Translations under genes and position numbers: made by a program | Part shown: one piece after another, positions 19,529 through 30,604 of the stretch | How the letters are laid out: the number at the start of each line of letters is the position of its first letter | How positions within the stretch are numbered: the first letter of the stretch is position 1 | Assembly (NCBI GenBank): GCA_963823335.1 | Contig: CAWGLD010000007.1 | Coordinates: 288,001 to 352,000 of the forward strand | DNA length: 64,000 bases | Direction: 5' to 3' | Origin: an uncultured delta proteobacterium | Lineage (GTDB): Bacteria > Desulfobacterota > Desulfobacteria > Desulfobacterales > B30-G6 | Notes under the pieces: model-generated | Databases searched by the model: none | Seen by the model: only the letters and a program-made list of their open reading frames with translations | Told to the model about the DNA's origin: nothing

Positions 19529-21451
19529 TCATTTTGGGTCCTCTTCCTTGACCTCTTCAAAATCAGCATCCACGACATCATCGTCAGCAGCACCGGAAGT
19601 CTGATCTGACCCCTGAGCACCGTCTGCGCCCTGTCCCTGGTCCTTTGAGGCCTGCTGATACATTGCCTCGGCCAGCTTATGGGAGGTCTGCGTCAATTCT
19701 TCACTCAAGCGTTTAATTTCCTCGGCATCCTCGGTTTCCATGGCCGCCTTGAGTGATGCGATGGCTGATTCCACACCCGTTTTGGTGGTATCGTCAACCT
19801 TATCTCCCATCTCCTTGATGGATTTTTCCGTGGAGTAGATCAATGCGTCGGCATGATTCCGGGCATCCACAAGGACCCGCTTCTTCTTGTCGTCTTCGGC
19901 ATGCAATTCGGCATCCTTGATAAGTTTGTCGATCTCTTCCTTGGAGAGACCGCTGGAGGCCGTGATCTGTATGGATTGCTCCTTGCCCGTAGCCTGATCT
20001 TTGGCGGAAACATTCACAATACCATTCGCATCGATATCAAAGGCCACTTCGATCTGTGGAATGCCCCGAGGTGCCGGAGGAATCCCCACCAGTTCAAATC
20101 GTCCCAGGGTTTTATTCCCCGCCGCCATTTCACGTTCACCCTGCATGACATGAATGGACACTGCCGGCTGGCTGTCAGCCGCTGTAGAAAATATTTGGCT
20201 TTTCTTGGTCGGAATCGTGGTATTCTTTTCGATAAGCCGGGTCATGACACCGCCGAGGGTTTCAATTCCCAGCGAAAGGGGGGTCACGTCCAGCAGCAGC
20301 ACATCCTTGACATCCCCTTTGAGCACACCACCTTGAATGGCAGCGCCGATGGCAACCACTTCATCAGGATTCACACCCTTGTGGGGATCCTTACCAAATA
20401 ATTTCTTTACACGATCCTGTACCGCCGGCATCCGGGTCATACCACCCACTAAAATGACCTCGTCGACTTCCTGAGCTGACAGGTTGGCATCTTTCAGAGC
20501 TGTCCGGCAGGGTCCTTCCAGCTTGTTGAGCAGATCGGCGATGAGTGCCTCCAGCTTCGCCCGGGTAATCTTGATATTGAGATGTTTGGGACCACTGGCA
20601 TCTGCCGTGATAAAGGGCAGGTTGACATCCGTTTCCAGAGATGTCGACAATTCCATTTTCGCCTTTTCCGCCGCTTCCTTGAGTCGTTGGAGCGCCATTT
20701 TGTCGTTTCGGATATCGATACCCTGATCTTTTTTGAATTCGTTGGCAAGATGGTCGATGATGCGTAAGTCAAAATCTTCACCACCCAGATGGGTATCCCC
20801 GTTGGTGGATTTCACTTCGAAGACACCTTCACCGATTTCCAGAATCGAAACGTCGAATGTGCCACCACCCAGATCAAAAACAGCGATTTTTTCTTCTTTT
20901 CGTTTGTCCAGTCCATATGCGAGGGATGCTGCCGTGGGCTCATTGATAATTCTCAAAACATTGAGACCCGCTATCTTTCCAGCGTCCTTGGTCTCCTGGC
21001 GCTGGCTGTCATTGAAGTATGCAGGGACCGTAACCACAGCATCGGTAACCGGCTCACCCAGGTACTCTTCGGCTGTTTTTTTGATGTTGGCCAGTATGTA
21101 GGATGAAACTTCCGCCGGGCTGACAAGCTTGCCCCTCAGATTGATGCGGACACCGCCGTCGCTGGACTGCTCGATTTTGTATGGAAGTATCTTCATGTCA
21201 CTCTGGATTTCGGGTGAACTAAATTTCCGCCCAATCAGCCGTTTCACGGCAAAAATCGTATTTTCAGGATTGGTAATCGCCTGACGCTTTGCAATCTGTC
21301 CCACCAACCTTTCATTGCTCTCTGAAACAGCGACAATCGATGGTGTCGTCCGGCCACCTTCCTGGTTCGTGATCACTTTGGCTTCGCCACCTTCCATCAC
21401 CGCCACACAGGAGTTGGTGGTTCCGAGATCAATACCGATTATTTTTCCCAT
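19529..21451 (-). CDS. dnaK: chaperone DnaK
   Basis: [41 protein letters not shown]. Confidence 0.99.
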   Translation of the reverse strand: MGKIIGIDLGTTNSCVAVMEGGEAKVITNQEGGRTTPSIVAVSESNERLVGQIAKRQAITNPENTIFAVKRLIGRKFSSPEIQSDMKILPYKIEQSSDGGVRINLRGKLVSPAEVSSYILANIKKTAEEYLGEPVTDAVVTVPAYFNDSQRQETKDAGKIAGLNVLRIINEPTAASLAYGLDKRKEEKIAVFDLGGGTFDVSILEIGEGVFEVKSTNGDTHLGGEDFDLRIIDHLANEFKKDQGIDIRNDKMALQRLKEAAEKAKMELSTSLETDVNLPFITADASGPKHLNIKITRAKLEALIADLLNKLEGPCRTALKDANLSAQEVDEVILVGGMTRMPAVQDRVKKLFGKDPHKGVNPDEVVAIGAAIQGGVLKGDVKDVLLLDVTPLSLGIETLGGVMTRLIEKNTTIPTKKSQIFSTAADSQPAVSIHVMQGEREMAAGNKTLGRFELVGIPPAPRGIPQIEVAFDIDANGIVNVSAKDQATGKEQSIQITASSGLSKEEIDKLIKDAELHAEDDKKKRVLVDARNHADALIYSTEKSIKEMGDKVDDTTKTGVESAIASLKAAMETEDAEEIKRLSEELTQTSHKLAEAMYQQASKDQGQGADGAQGSDQTSGAADDDVVDADFEEVKEEDPK

Positions 21452-21501
21452 CTTGCTCTCCTCCTTGCCTTGAATAGATTCAACCTTCTGTTTATATTTT
21501 T

Positions 21502-22113
21502 TTAATTTTTATTTTCATCATCGTTACCAGAACCCGCCGGCGACGTGGAAACAACGACCATGGCAGGTCTTAAAAGTCTGTCATGAATCATGTATCCCTT
21601 TTGAAGTTCATTGAGAACGACATTCTCGGGCTGCTCGGCCGTTTCCTGCTGCATCATGGCCTGGTGATAGCCGGGGTCAAAGGGCTCGCCGAGAGATTCG
21701 ATGGGAGAGACATGAAAGGTCTTGAATATCTTTAGAAGCTCCTTGATCGTTAAATCCAATCCCACCGATAGCTGTCCATCCTCCTTGCTTCCACTCGATG
21801 ATTCAATGGCTCTTTCAAGATTGTCCACAACACCCAGGAGTTCTTTGAGCAGCGAAGCATTGGCATACTTTCTGAAATCCGCCATCTCTTTCTGGGTTCG
21901 CTTCTTATAGTTTTCGAGTTCGGCTGAAGCCCGCAAAAAACGATCGTAGGCTTCTTTTGCTTCTGCTTCTGCTTTTTCGATCCTTTCTTCCGGCGTTAGC
22001 GGTGCAATGTCTTCGGGGGGCACATCACCGGAATCACCTTCCAAGGAGGCTTGTTTCTGAATGTCGGGATCTTCTGATTTGACGGTAACCTTGATCTTGT
22101 CGTTCTTTGTCAT
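21502..22113 (-). CDS. grpE: nucleotide exchange factor GrpE
   Basis: [41 protein letters not shown]. Confidence 0.96.
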   Translation of the reverse strand: MTKNDKIKVTVKSEDPDIQKQASLEGDSGDVPPEDIAPLTPEERIEKAEAEAKEAYDRFLRASAELENYKKRTQKEMADFRKYANASLLKELLGVVDNLERAIESSSGSKEDGQLSVGLDLTIKELLKIFKTFHVSPIESLGEPFDPGYHQAMMQQETAEQPENVVLNELQKGYMIHDRLLRPAMVVVSTSPAGSGNDDENKN

Positions 22114-22405
22114 TCGGTATGCTTTCAATCTGTTAAATATGTAAATATTCCGTATACCTGCTTACTTTTTTCAAAACATAAGACGCTATGGTACAATGTC
22201 AAGATTGTCGAAAATTTTTAAATCCCCATGCAAAAACAAGCTGAATGCGACACAATTTTGTAGATAAACAGGAGGTTCAGAGTCTACAGGATATTCGTGC
22301 TTCGGATTTAATTCGTATTGCCTTCGGCAGAGCCTAATGTCTCTGACCTGGCCCAACAAAGGACCCGGTTTTAAATGAGGGGATATAATGACTTCTTATA
22401 TGACT

Positions 22406-22653
22406 GGTTGTGCACCCTCTGTTGTGTTATTTCAAAGCTCCCTGGCCTGTTATTGATCGAGATCGATCCACGACACAGAACCCATCACTTATCGCTGCTT
22501 CCTTCCGGACCTGACGAGGTTCGTGAGTGTCTGTTGCGTAGCGTCCGATCAAACAAAACCTGGGAATTCCAAAAATACCCTAAAGAGGGAGTTCAGCCCC
22601 GCATAAGCGGATTTCGGGACGAGGGCACCGCTAGCTCCCCGCCTAGCACAACC
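22406..22653 (-). ncRNA. ffs: signal recognition particle RNA, large (Alu-domain) type
   Basis: Minus strand has helix-8 TCAGGTCCGGAAGGAAGCAGC and a Bacillus-scRNA-like 5' GTGCTAGGCGGGGAGCTAGCGGTGCCC; 5' GGTTGTGC pairs with 3' GCACAACC; promoter TTGATA-17-TATATT. Confidence 0.93.
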
Positions 22654-22690
22654 GCAGAGAATATAAACACGACCAACCGGTTTATCAAGG

Positions 22691-22715
22691 AATAAAATCG
22701 TTCCACGATTTTATT
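22691..22715. promoter_or_regulatory. 25-bp palindrome between divergent ffs and tilS promoters
   Basis: AATAAAATCGT-TCC-ACGATTTTATT between TTGATA (-35 of ffs, minus) and TTGAAA-17-TATTGT (tilS). Confidence 0.5.
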
Positions 22716-22750
22716 TGAAACCAGGCCCTGGCTGATATATTGTCTGAAGT

Positions 22751-24199
22751 ATGAAACAACATCCCCTGATTCAATCGGTTGAAAAAACCCTTCTTGAATT
22801 CAGAATGCTGCAATCGAGAGACAAGGTGCTCGTGGCTGTTTCCGGGGGCCCGGATTCAGTCGCCCTGCTGCATGTTCTGCTGGCCCTCCAGACAAAATTT
22901 GATATCCAGATAGGGGTGGGCCATCTAGATCACGGTTTACGGTCATCAGCGGCCGTCAGGGATGCTGCCTTCGTGACATCACTGTGCAATAAACTGGGTC
23001 TGCCGTCACATGTGGCAGCAGCAGATATCCAGGGTCTTCATCAGCAGCAAAAGGGCTCTCTCGAAGCATTGGGGAGAAAAGCACGCTATAATTTTTTCAG
23101 CCGTATCGCTCGAAAATTCAACTACAACAAAATAGCCCTGGGACACCATGCCGACGACAATGCCGAACTTGTTCTCATGAACCTGCTCAGAGGCAGTGGA
23201 CGGCTGGGGCTTTCCGGGATACCCCCGGTCCGAAACAATCGATATATTCGTCCGTTGATTGAACAGCCACGGGAAGATATCATGAAATTTCTTGAGGATA
23301 CCCAGGTGCTCTTTGTTCTGGACGCCACCAACAATGATTTAAGATTCCTGAGAAACCGGATCCGGCACGAATTGATACCCGGGTTAATGCATCGCTATAA
23401 CCCCAATATAGTGGATACGCTGAACCGGACCGCTGCCATTTTCAGGGCTGAAGAGGACTGGTTGAACCAATATTCAGGCCGGATTTTCAGCACCCTGGCA
23501 GAGGGTGACACCACCTCCGTTCGACTGCCTGTTTCAAAGCTTCTGAAAAACCATGGGGCAATTCAGCGCCGCACGATCCGAACAGCCATCGGGTATATCA
23601 AGGGCGATCTCAAAAGCGTCACGCTTCAGCATATCGAGGCCGTGTTGCGTCTCTGTCGGGAAGGATCTTCCGGCCAACGGTTGTGTCTACCCGGCGAGCT
23701 GACTGTGCAGAGACTGTCTGAGGGCTATCTACGAATTTACAGGCTCCCATCACTGCCTTCATCCCGGTCACGTTCACATACCGGGACGATACCTCTCTAT
23801 AGGGTTCCGCTTCCACATCCCCATGACGGCACCCGGACCGTGATGATCAAAGAAATAGGAACAACCCTTGTGCTGGATTCCATACCGGTTAACTCCATCA
23901 ACAGCCTGACTTCTGCTGGACAAAACACCGCTTTCTTTGATATGGACAAACTCACTTTCCCCATGCTGCTAAGGAACACGCTTCCAGGGGATAGATTTAT
24001 GCCACTGGGAATGCGGGGCACTCAAAAGCTGAAAGATTTCTTCATCAACAACAAAGTACCCAGGGAAATTCGCCGAAAGACGCCCGTGCTTGTCAGTGGA
24101 AACGCGATTGCCTGGATTGTGGGTCATCGAATCGACGAGCGGGTAAAGATAACCCAACAGACCAGAAATGTTCTTAAAGTTGAACTTTTTCTTGCCTAA
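22751..24199 (+). CDS. tilS: tRNA(Ile)-lysidine synthase
   Basis: VAVSGGPDS, LGHHADDN, IRPL, RNRIR, C-terminal KLKDFF. Confidence 0.96.
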   Translation: MKQHPLIQSVEKTLLEFRMLQSRDKVLVAVSGGPDSVALLHVLLALQTKFDIQIGVGHLDHGLRSSAAVRDAAFVTSLCNKLGLPSHVAAADIQGLHQQQKGSLEALGRKARYNFFSRIARKFNYNKIALGHHADDNAELVLMNLLRGSGRLGLSGIPPVRNNRYIRPLIEQPREDIMKFLEDTQVLFVLDATNNDLRFLRNRIRHELIPGLMHRYNPNIVDTLNRTAAIFRAEEDWLNQYSGRIFSTLAEGDTTSVRLPVSKLLKNHGAIQRRTIRTAIGYIKGDLKSVTLQHIEAVLRLCREGSSGQRLCLPGELTVQRLSEGYLRIYRLPSLPSSRSRSHTGTIPLYRVPLPHPHDGTRTVMIKEIGTTLVLDSIPVNSINSLTSAGQNTAFFDMDKLTFPMLLRNTLPGDRFMPLGMRGTQKLKDFFINNKVPREIRRKTPVLVSGNAIAWIVGHRIDERVKITQQTRNVLKVELFLA

Positions 24200-24384
24200 T
24201 CAGGAAAAATGTTTACTGTTACAACGGGATGTGGGGCAGGGTAACCGGCATCAAAGGCGCAACCCGGACCCCCCAAATTCCCTTTTTTCCCGGACGGACT
24301 GTTTCGACGCTTGGAAATGCTTAACTGTTTGCAAAGAATCTGGGATTTCATTCTCCCTTAACTCATCGCTGGAGGACATGTCAT

Positions 24385-26250
24385 TTGAACCCGTTTTATA
24401 AGAATCTTTCACTTTGGCTCGTCATCACACTGATGATGATAATGCTATACAACCTATTCAACCAGCAGAACCAGCCCGAGACCAATATCAGCTATACGAG
24501 TTTTCTCTCCATGGTCGAGAATGAACAAATCGCCGAAGTCGTCATTCAGGGTCAGGAACTCATCGTCACGGATACGGGAAGAAATCGTTTCAAGATATTT
24601 GCTCCCCAGGATCCAGACATGATTTCCTTTCTGAGGTCCAAGGGTGTGGCCATCAATGCCAAACCACCTGCTGAATCCCCCTGGTACATGTCTGTTCTTA
24701 TCTCCTGGTTTCCCATGATTCTTCTCATCGGCGTCTGGATCTTTTTTATGCGCCAGATGCAGGCCGGCGGTGGCAAAGCCATGTCTTTTGGGAAAAGCCG
24801 GGCAAGGCTGCAATCCGACCAGCAGGAAAAAGTAACCTTCGAAGACGTGGCCGGTATTGATGAAGCCAAAGAGGAACTGGGTGAAATTGTCGAATTTCTC
24901 CGGGAGCCCAAGAAATTCACCCGGTTGGGTGGACGGATCCCCAAGGGGGTTTTACTCATGGGGCAGCCTGGTACCGGTAAAACCCTTCTCGCGAGAGCTA
25001 TTGCCGGAGAGGCCGGTGTTCCCTTCTACAGTATCAGTGGATCAGATTTTGTGGAAATGTTTGTGGGTGTGGGTGCTTCGCGCGTGAGGGATCTGTTTGT
25101 ACAAGGCAAAAAGAATGCCCCGTGTATCATTTTTATCGACGAAATAGACGCAGTGGGACGACACAGGGGTGCCGGTCTGGGGGGAGGTCACGATGAAAGG
25201 GAACAAACCCTCAACCAACTCCTGGTTGAAATGGATGGTTTTGAATCCAATGAGGGCGTCATCCTGATATCGGCCACCAACAGACCCGATGTTCTTGATC
25301 CGGCGCTGCTGCGGCCTGGCAGGTTCGACCGCCAGGTGGTGGTACCATTGCCTGACATCAGAGGCAGGCAAAAGATCCTGGAAGTCCACATGAAAAGAAC
25401 ACCTGTTGCCGCAGATGTGAACGTCACCACGCTGGCCAAGGGAACGCCCGGTTTTTCAGGGGCAGATCTTGAAAATCTGGTCAACGAAGCCGCCCTGGTT
25501 GCCGCCAAACGGAACAAGGAAAAACTCGACATGACCGACTTCGAAGACTCCAAAGACAAAATCTACATGGGTCTGGAAAGAAAATCAAAGGTCATCAAGG
25601 AGGAAGATCGCAAGACAACCGCTTACCACGAGGGGGGACATGCACTGGTGGCTCGCTTTCTTCCCTACACGGACGCGGTCAACAAAATCACCATCATACC
25701 CAGGGGTCGGGCGGCGGGTGTTACCTGGTTCCTCCCCGAAGAGCGGGACTTCAAGTATAAAGACCAGCTGCAAAGCGAACTTGCGGTCGCTTTTGGCGGT
25801 CGTGTTGCCGAAGATATCATTTTTAAACGGATCAGTACGGGTGCCTCGAACGACATAAAGCAGGCCACGGACCTGGCCCAAAAAATGGTTCGGGTTTGGG
25901 GCATGAGTGAAAAACTGGGGCCTCTTTCCTATTCCAAAGAAGAAGAACAGATCTTTTTGGGCAGGGAAATCTCTCAGCACAGAGACTATTCCGAAGACAC
26001 CGCCAAAAAGATAGATGATGAGATCAACCAGCTCATCGGTGACGCCTATGAAAAAGCCGCGGCAGTCCTGAAAGAGAACATCGATATTCTGCATAAACTA
26101 GCGGAAAGTCTCCTTGAAAAAGAAACCGTCATGGGGGCTGAGCTGGATGAGCTTATCAACACCATGAGACCCGGCATTGAACTGCCATCAGTGGCTACGG
26201 CAGAAAAAACAGAAAGTGACGAAGCCTCCCCGGAAACCAGTGAACAATGA
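24385..26250 (+). CDS. ftsH: ATP-dependent zinc metalloprotease FtsH
   Basis: 2 [31 protein letters not shown] start with GGAGG SD. Confidence 0.98.
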   Translation: MNPFYKNLSLWLVITLMMIMLYNLFNQQNQPETNISYTSFLSMVENEQIAEVVIQGQELIVTDTGRNRFKIFAPQDPDMISFLRSKGVAINAKPPAESPWYMSVLISWFPMILLIGVWIFFMRQMQAGGGKAMSFGKSRARLQSDQQEKVTFEDVAGIDEAKEELGEIVEFLREPKKFTRLGGRIPKGVLLMGQPGTGKTLLARAIAGEAGVPFYSISGSDFVEMFVGVGASRVRDLFVQGKKNAPCIIFIDEIDAVGRHRGAGLGGGHDEREQTLNQLLVEMDGFESNEGVILISATNRPDVLDPALLRPGRFDRQVVVPLPDIRGRQKILEVHMKRTPVAADVNVTTLAKGTPGFSGADLENLVNEAALVAAKRNKEKLDMTDFEDSKDKIYMGLERKSKVIKEEDRKTTAYHEGGHALVARFLPYTDAVNKITIIPRGRAAGVTWFLPEERDFKYKDQLQSELAVAFGGRVAEDIIFKRISTGASNDIKQATDLAQKMVRVWGMSEKLGPLSYSKEEEQIFLGREISQHRDYSEDTAKKIDDEINQLIGDAYEKAAAVLKENIDILHKLAESLLEKETVMGAELDELINTMRPGIELPSVATAEKTESDEASPETSEQ

Positions 26251-26409
26251 TGGACAGCGTCTTTATTGAACATCCCTCGTCTACAGGGCGAAGGGTTCTA
26301 TTATGAGTTATAGGGGTTGTCAGAAAAACGTTCCGATTGAGGACCTTTTTTCTGCTACAACCCCTTATGCCGCCATCCTATTTTCGGAATATTATTATGA
26401 CAAGCGGTA

Positions 26410-26482
26410 TAAACCACAACAGCGAGCGCATTCCCCGTGGGTTCTGCCTGCGGCAGTGCTTCACATGCTGCGAGACTCTTCA
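26410..26482 (+). repeat. family A repeat with internal ~25-bp insert
   Basis: AACCACAACAGCGAGCGCATTCCCCGT...TGCTGCGAGACTCTTCA. Confidence 0.7.
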
Positions 26483-26519
26483 ATAAAATCAGAATCATAT
26501 ATCGGGAATTGAAGCACGT

Positions 26520-27395
26520 ATGGCATCATTCGATCTGACATGGGGGGAACATCGATTGACATTCGGCACTCGCCCCCTCATCATGGGCATACTCAATGTC
26601 ACCCCGGATTCTTTCTCAGACGGCGGTCGTTTTTTTTCCACCCGAGATGCCGTTGCCCAGGCAGAAAAGATGGTCCGGGAAGGTGCCGATATCATCGATA
26701 TCGGCGGTGAGTCAACCCGGCCGTTTTCCGAGGCTGTTTCCGAAGCGGAAGAAGTCAGACGTGTTATCCCGGTTATCGAAGCCCTGGCAGATCGTGTCAA
26801 AATTCCCATTTCAATAGATACGAGCAAAGCGGCAGTTGCCAGACAGGCGTTGAATGTCGGCGCGTCCATGATCAATGACATCAGCGCTCTTCGGGCAGAC
26901 CCGGCCTTGGCCGGAGTGGCCGCAGATAGCGGCGTACCCGTTATCCTGATGCATATGAAGGGCACGCCCGGAGACATGCAGGCTTCACCCAGATATGACG
27001 ATCTGTTCGGTGAAATAGACGCGTTTCTGAAACAGGCTGTCGCCACGGCCGAACAAAAAGGGATTCAACGCTCCAAGATCATCGTCGACCCCGGTATCGG
27101 TTTTGGTAAAACCGTTCTGCACAACCTCCTCCTGCTGAAACATCTTTCCAGGTTCAAAACCATGGAATTACCTGTATTGATCGGGCCTTCCAGGAAGGCT
27201 TTTGTGCGAAAACTTCTGAAACCGGACCACCTGGCGGATATCGACCCACAGCAGCCCATGGTGGAAATCGGCACGCAAGCAACGGTTGCCATCGCTGCAT
27301 TGAACGGGGCTGATATCCTTCGCGTACACAATGTCGCCGGCACGCTTGCCACGTTGAAAATTGTGGCCGCCATACAGACGGCCGGGCCGGACTGA
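26520..27395 (+). CDS. folP: dihydropteroate synthase
   Basis: MGILNVTPDSFSDGG, DIGGESTRP, DPGIGFGK, SRK, RVHNV. Confidence 0.97.
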   Translation: MASFDLTWGEHRLTFGTRPLIMGILNVTPDSFSDGGRFFSTRDAVAQAEKMVREGADIIDIGGESTRPFSEAVSEAEEVRRVIPVIEALADRVKIPISIDTSKAAVARQALNVGASMINDISALRADPALAGVAADSGVPVILMHMKGTPGDMQASPRYDDLFGEIDAFLKQAVATAEQKGIQRSKIIVDPGIGFGKTVLHNLLLLKHLSRFKTMELPVLIGPSRKAFVRKLLKPDHLADIDPQQPMVEIGTQATVAIAALNGADILRVHNVAGTLATLKIVAAIQTAGPD

Positions 27396-27471
27396 GCCGT
27401 TGCGCATCCAAAATGCATTTGGAATCGCCTTAAGCTGTAAGCAATAAGCGATCAACCGCTTACAGCTTAAG

Positions 27472-27719
27472 ACTCAACTTTCGGTTTTCACCATCGATAG
27501 AGCGAAATGGGTGATCCAATGGCGATTTGCGCTGTTTGAGGCGTTTAGGGACCCTTACATCAGCGTATGGCAATGAAAATCCAATATGAAAACCAGGTCA
27601 GTTGAAAGCCATGCCTGTTTAACCATATGGCCGGCGCTGGTGTTAGGAGCCCTTACGGCGAGTTCGCAAAGCGCCAGGGGATGATTCATTTCGTGTTCGC
27701 TGAACCCCGAAAGTTGAGT
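27472..27719. mobile_element. MITE family B, 248 bp
   Basis: TIR ACTCAACTTTCGG/CCGAAAGTTGAGT, flanking direct repeat TAAG; shorter copy at 63867-63985. Confidence 0.85.
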
Positions 27720-27776
27720 TAAGACTTATTGCTTAGGGCTGACCGCTCAAAGACAAACAGACAAAGGGAGTCATGT

Positions 27777-28541
27777 ATGCTATTCGTCATCGATGTAGGC
27801 AATACCAATATCGTCATGGGTGTATACAGCGGGAAAACACTCTTGAAAAGCTGGCGGGTTCGCACCGAGAGAAACACCACGGAAGATGAATTCAATATTC
27901 TCGTGACAAACCTGTTCTCGGCCAGCGGGTTCATGCTGGATGAAATTGAAAAAACCCTTGTTTCATGTGTTGTACCGCCCATGGTCACGATTCTCGATTC
28001 GTTCTGCCGCAAATACCTGGGCCACTCACCCCGCTGGGTCAATGCAAAATCTTACGCACAAATGCCCATAAGGATCTCCAACCCATCTGAACTGGGGGCC
28101 GATCGAATCGTAAATGCTGTGGCTGCCTACCATAAATACCAAACAAGTCTGATCGTCATCGACTTCGGTACAGCCACCACGTTTGATGCTGTCTCTCAAA
28201 AGGGTGAGTATCTTGGTGGTGCCATCAGTCCCGGAATTATCATTTCGTCGGAGGCCCTCTTTCTAAAAGCCTCAAAGCTTCCAAGAATCGAAATCTTTGA
28301 GCCTCCTGAACGTGTTGTGGGCAAGGATACCGGTCAGAGTTTGAAAGCCGGCATTATCTTCGGGTATGCCGGGCTGGTGGACGGTATTGTCAAACGTATG
28401 AGGACCGAGATGGGAACTGACCCAAAAATTATAGCGACGGGAGGCCTGGCATCACTCATCAGCCATGTCTCTGAAACCATAGAGTTTCTGGAGCCTGACC
28501 TGACACTGGAAGGGTTGCGGATTATCAGCAATTCCCAATAA
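27777..28541 (+). CDS. coaX: type III pantothenate kinase
   Basis: IDVGNTN, LGADR, IDFGTATT, ATGG. Confidence 0.96.
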   Translation: MLFVIDVGNTNIVMGVYSGKTLLKSWRVRTERNTTEDEFNILVTNLFSASGFMLDEIEKTLVSCVVPPMVTILDSFCRKYLGHSPRWVNAKSYAQMPIRISNPSELGADRIVNAVAAYHKYQTSLIVIDFGTATTFDAVSQKGEYLGGAISPGIIISSEALFLKASKLPRIEIFEPPERVVGKDTGQSLKAGIIFGYAGLVDGIVKRMRTEMGTDPKIIATGGLASLISHVSETIEFLEPDLTLEGLRIISNSQ

Positions 28542-28720
28542 AATTGCCGGGCGGTTTTATTGAATGTCCAGGGATTTTTCCAATTCCTGGATTCTGGCGC
28601 GAATAGCCGGTTTCTCTTCCTCTGAAACGCCCGGATCTTCAAGACGTCTTCGAAGACCCAAGAGCATCATCTCTTCCCGGTAATCGGCACATGTATAGGC
28701 TGAGTTTTGTGTCATCCAGA

Positions 28721-29371
28721 TTATATCAGTGATTCCTTGTAGATACGATAAAACATTTCATAATCCGAAATATTTCTCGATAAAATCTTCTCAATATCTT
28801 CCATGTTTTTTTTGTTGATGATGAGATTGACGCTCTTACAGAAGGCCATCATATGGTCCATGGTACGAAAACGGTCGCTGATCATCGTAACGAACATGTT
28901 CCGCCGCACATCCATGTGAAGCCGTTCCACATAAATCAAAACACCGTTTCTTTCGGGGTCTTTGGTACCAAAATATTCATCCACCACAACCAGATCGTAT
29001 ACCTTGTAGCGAAGATTTCTCAAAGCATCCCGGTTGCCCGTGGCCACACTGACATGATATTCCAGAAGCTCGAGTGCCCGCACAATACCATCACGGACAA
29101 CCGTATCCGATTCACAGACCAGGGCGATTTTTCCCTCTTCCTCTATAAAATCAAACGGTTTTTCGGTGTTTTCATAGTCGTCTTCTTCAAAGTCGAATTC
29201 CGCTGCCGCGCTGCCTGCTTCATCGTCCGTTGCTGTGTTCTTGATCTCCGGAGCCTTGATGAAGATTGTTTTCTTACATTTCGGACATGGAAGCGTAGCG
29301 GTCTTTCCATTGGGTATGGATTCATCAGGAATCTTGAACTTGCTCTGGCAACTTTCACAGATTATGTCCAT
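28721..29371 (-). CDS. zinc-ribbon (MJ0042-like) protein with degenerate receiver-like domain
   Basis: CESC...CPKC N-terminus; ALVCE and YDLVVVD receiver-like motifs; downstream of pilU. Confidence 0.7.
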   Translation of the reverse strand: MDIICESCQSKFKIPDESIPNGKTATLPCPKCKKTIFIKAPEIKNTATDDEAGSAAAEFDFEEDDYENTEKPFDFIEEEGKIALVCESDTVVRDGIVRALELLEYHVSVATGNRDALRNLRYKVYDLVVVDEYFGTKDPERNGVLIYVERLHMDVRRNMFVTMISDRFRTMDHMMAFCKSVNLIINKKNMEDIEKILSRNISDYEMFYRIYKESLI

Positions 29372-29386
29372 AAGGCACCGTCTCCA

Positions 29387-30553
29387 TCACATGTTTTTTT
29401 CATATTCTCTGTCCATTTGCAGAGAGTCAATATCCGTCGTCGTTTCCCCTCTGGCCGCCTTGACAGTATCGATCCCTCTACCGGTAACACCCTTGCGTGA
29501 CGAATATGCCAGGGCATTTTTCTGCGTAATGAGTCCCTGTTCGTAAAGAGCCACCAAAAAGTCATCAAAGGTCGTCATGCCAAATGGCTTTCCAGCCTGC
29601 ATGATCTCATAGAATGTTTTCCCTTCGGATTCACCCTGCAAAATACTATCCTTCACCCTCAGATTCGAACCCAGCACTTCAAATGCCGCCACCCTGCCCC
29701 CACCTACCTTGGGTACCAGTCGTTGGGCTACAATCCATCGAACCGTATCTGATAGTCGTATACGAATCTGATTCTCTTCTTCGATACTGAACATACCCAG
29801 TATGCGGTTAATGGTTTGACCCGCATCGACGGTATGGAGTGTGGTCAACACCAGGTGGCCTGTTTCAGCAGCACTCAGGCCGATTTCCACGGTTTCGCGA
29901 TCCCGCATTTCGCCCACCAGAATGACTTTGGGAGCCTGCCGCAAGGCAGCCCTCAGACCGCTGGCAAACGAATCGAAATCGGTTCCCAGTTCTCGTTGGT
30001 TGAATGTGGATCCTTTGTGTGGGTGCTGGTATTCTATCGGGTCTTCGAGGGTAACGATGTGCACGGATTTTTGTTCATTGATGACCTCGAGAATAGCGGC
30101 CAACGATGTCGACTTTCCAGAGCCGGTGGCACCGGTGACAAATACGATGCCGTTCAACTCCTCGGCTATTTTATAGAAGACTTCCGGAAGTCCCATTTCT
30201 TTGATGGTGGGAACCTTTGATTCCAACTGTCGCAGCACCACCGAATAATTGCCCTGCTGTGAAAAGACATTGACCCTGAAACGTGCCTTTCCCGGCAGGC
30301 TGTAGGACATGTCACAGGAGCCATGAGATATCAGGGTCTCGGTCAGACGACGGTCCCTGTTCAACAGATTCAAGGCGAATATTTCACTCTGAAACGGCGT
30401 CAATTCCTTAATTGGCGGAGCCATGTCCACTGGAACCAACTGACCGGCACTTTCAACTTGCAGGGATTTTCCGACGGTTAGATTCAAATCCGACACATTG
30501 GTATGAGAGTCTAACATTCTCGTAAGAATATGATCGACTTCCTGTTTCCTCAT
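29387..30553 (-). CDS. pilU: PilT/PilU-family type IV pilus retraction ATPase
   Basis: GATGSGKST, LEDPIEY, ALRQAP, GEMRD, TGHLV. Confidence 0.85.
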   Translation of the reverse strand: MRKQEVDHILTRMLDSHTNVSDLNLTVGKSLQVESAGQLVPVDMAPPIKELTPFQSEIFALNLLNRDRRLTETLISHGSCDMSYSLPGKARFRVNVFSQQGNYSVVLRQLESKVPTIKEMGLPEVFYKIAEELNGIVFVTGATGSGKSTSLAAILEVINEQKSVHIVTLEDPIEYQHPHKGSTFNQRELGTDFDSFASGLRAALRQAPKVILVGEMRDRETVEIGLSAAETGHLVLTTLHTVDAGQTINRILGMFSIEEENQIRIRLSDTVRWIVAQRLVPKVGGGRVAAFEVLGSNLRVKDSILQGESEGKTFYEIMQAGKPFGMTTFDDFLVALYEQGLITQKNALAYSSRKGVTGRGIDTVKAARGETTTDIDSLQMDREYEKNM

Positions 30554-30604
30554 CTGATGACCTCCCTCACATGATCGTATCTCAATACCTGAGATGACGT
30601 CATG

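Noticed and set aside
22114-22260. CIRCE or sigma32 control of grpE-dnaK
   Set aside because: No TTAGCACTC-N9-GAGTGCTAA and no CCCCAT -10 on the correct strand; only a TTGACA-type box is seen.
22375-22695. 106-aa ORF
   Set aside because: Lies across the SRP RNA gene on the opposite strand.
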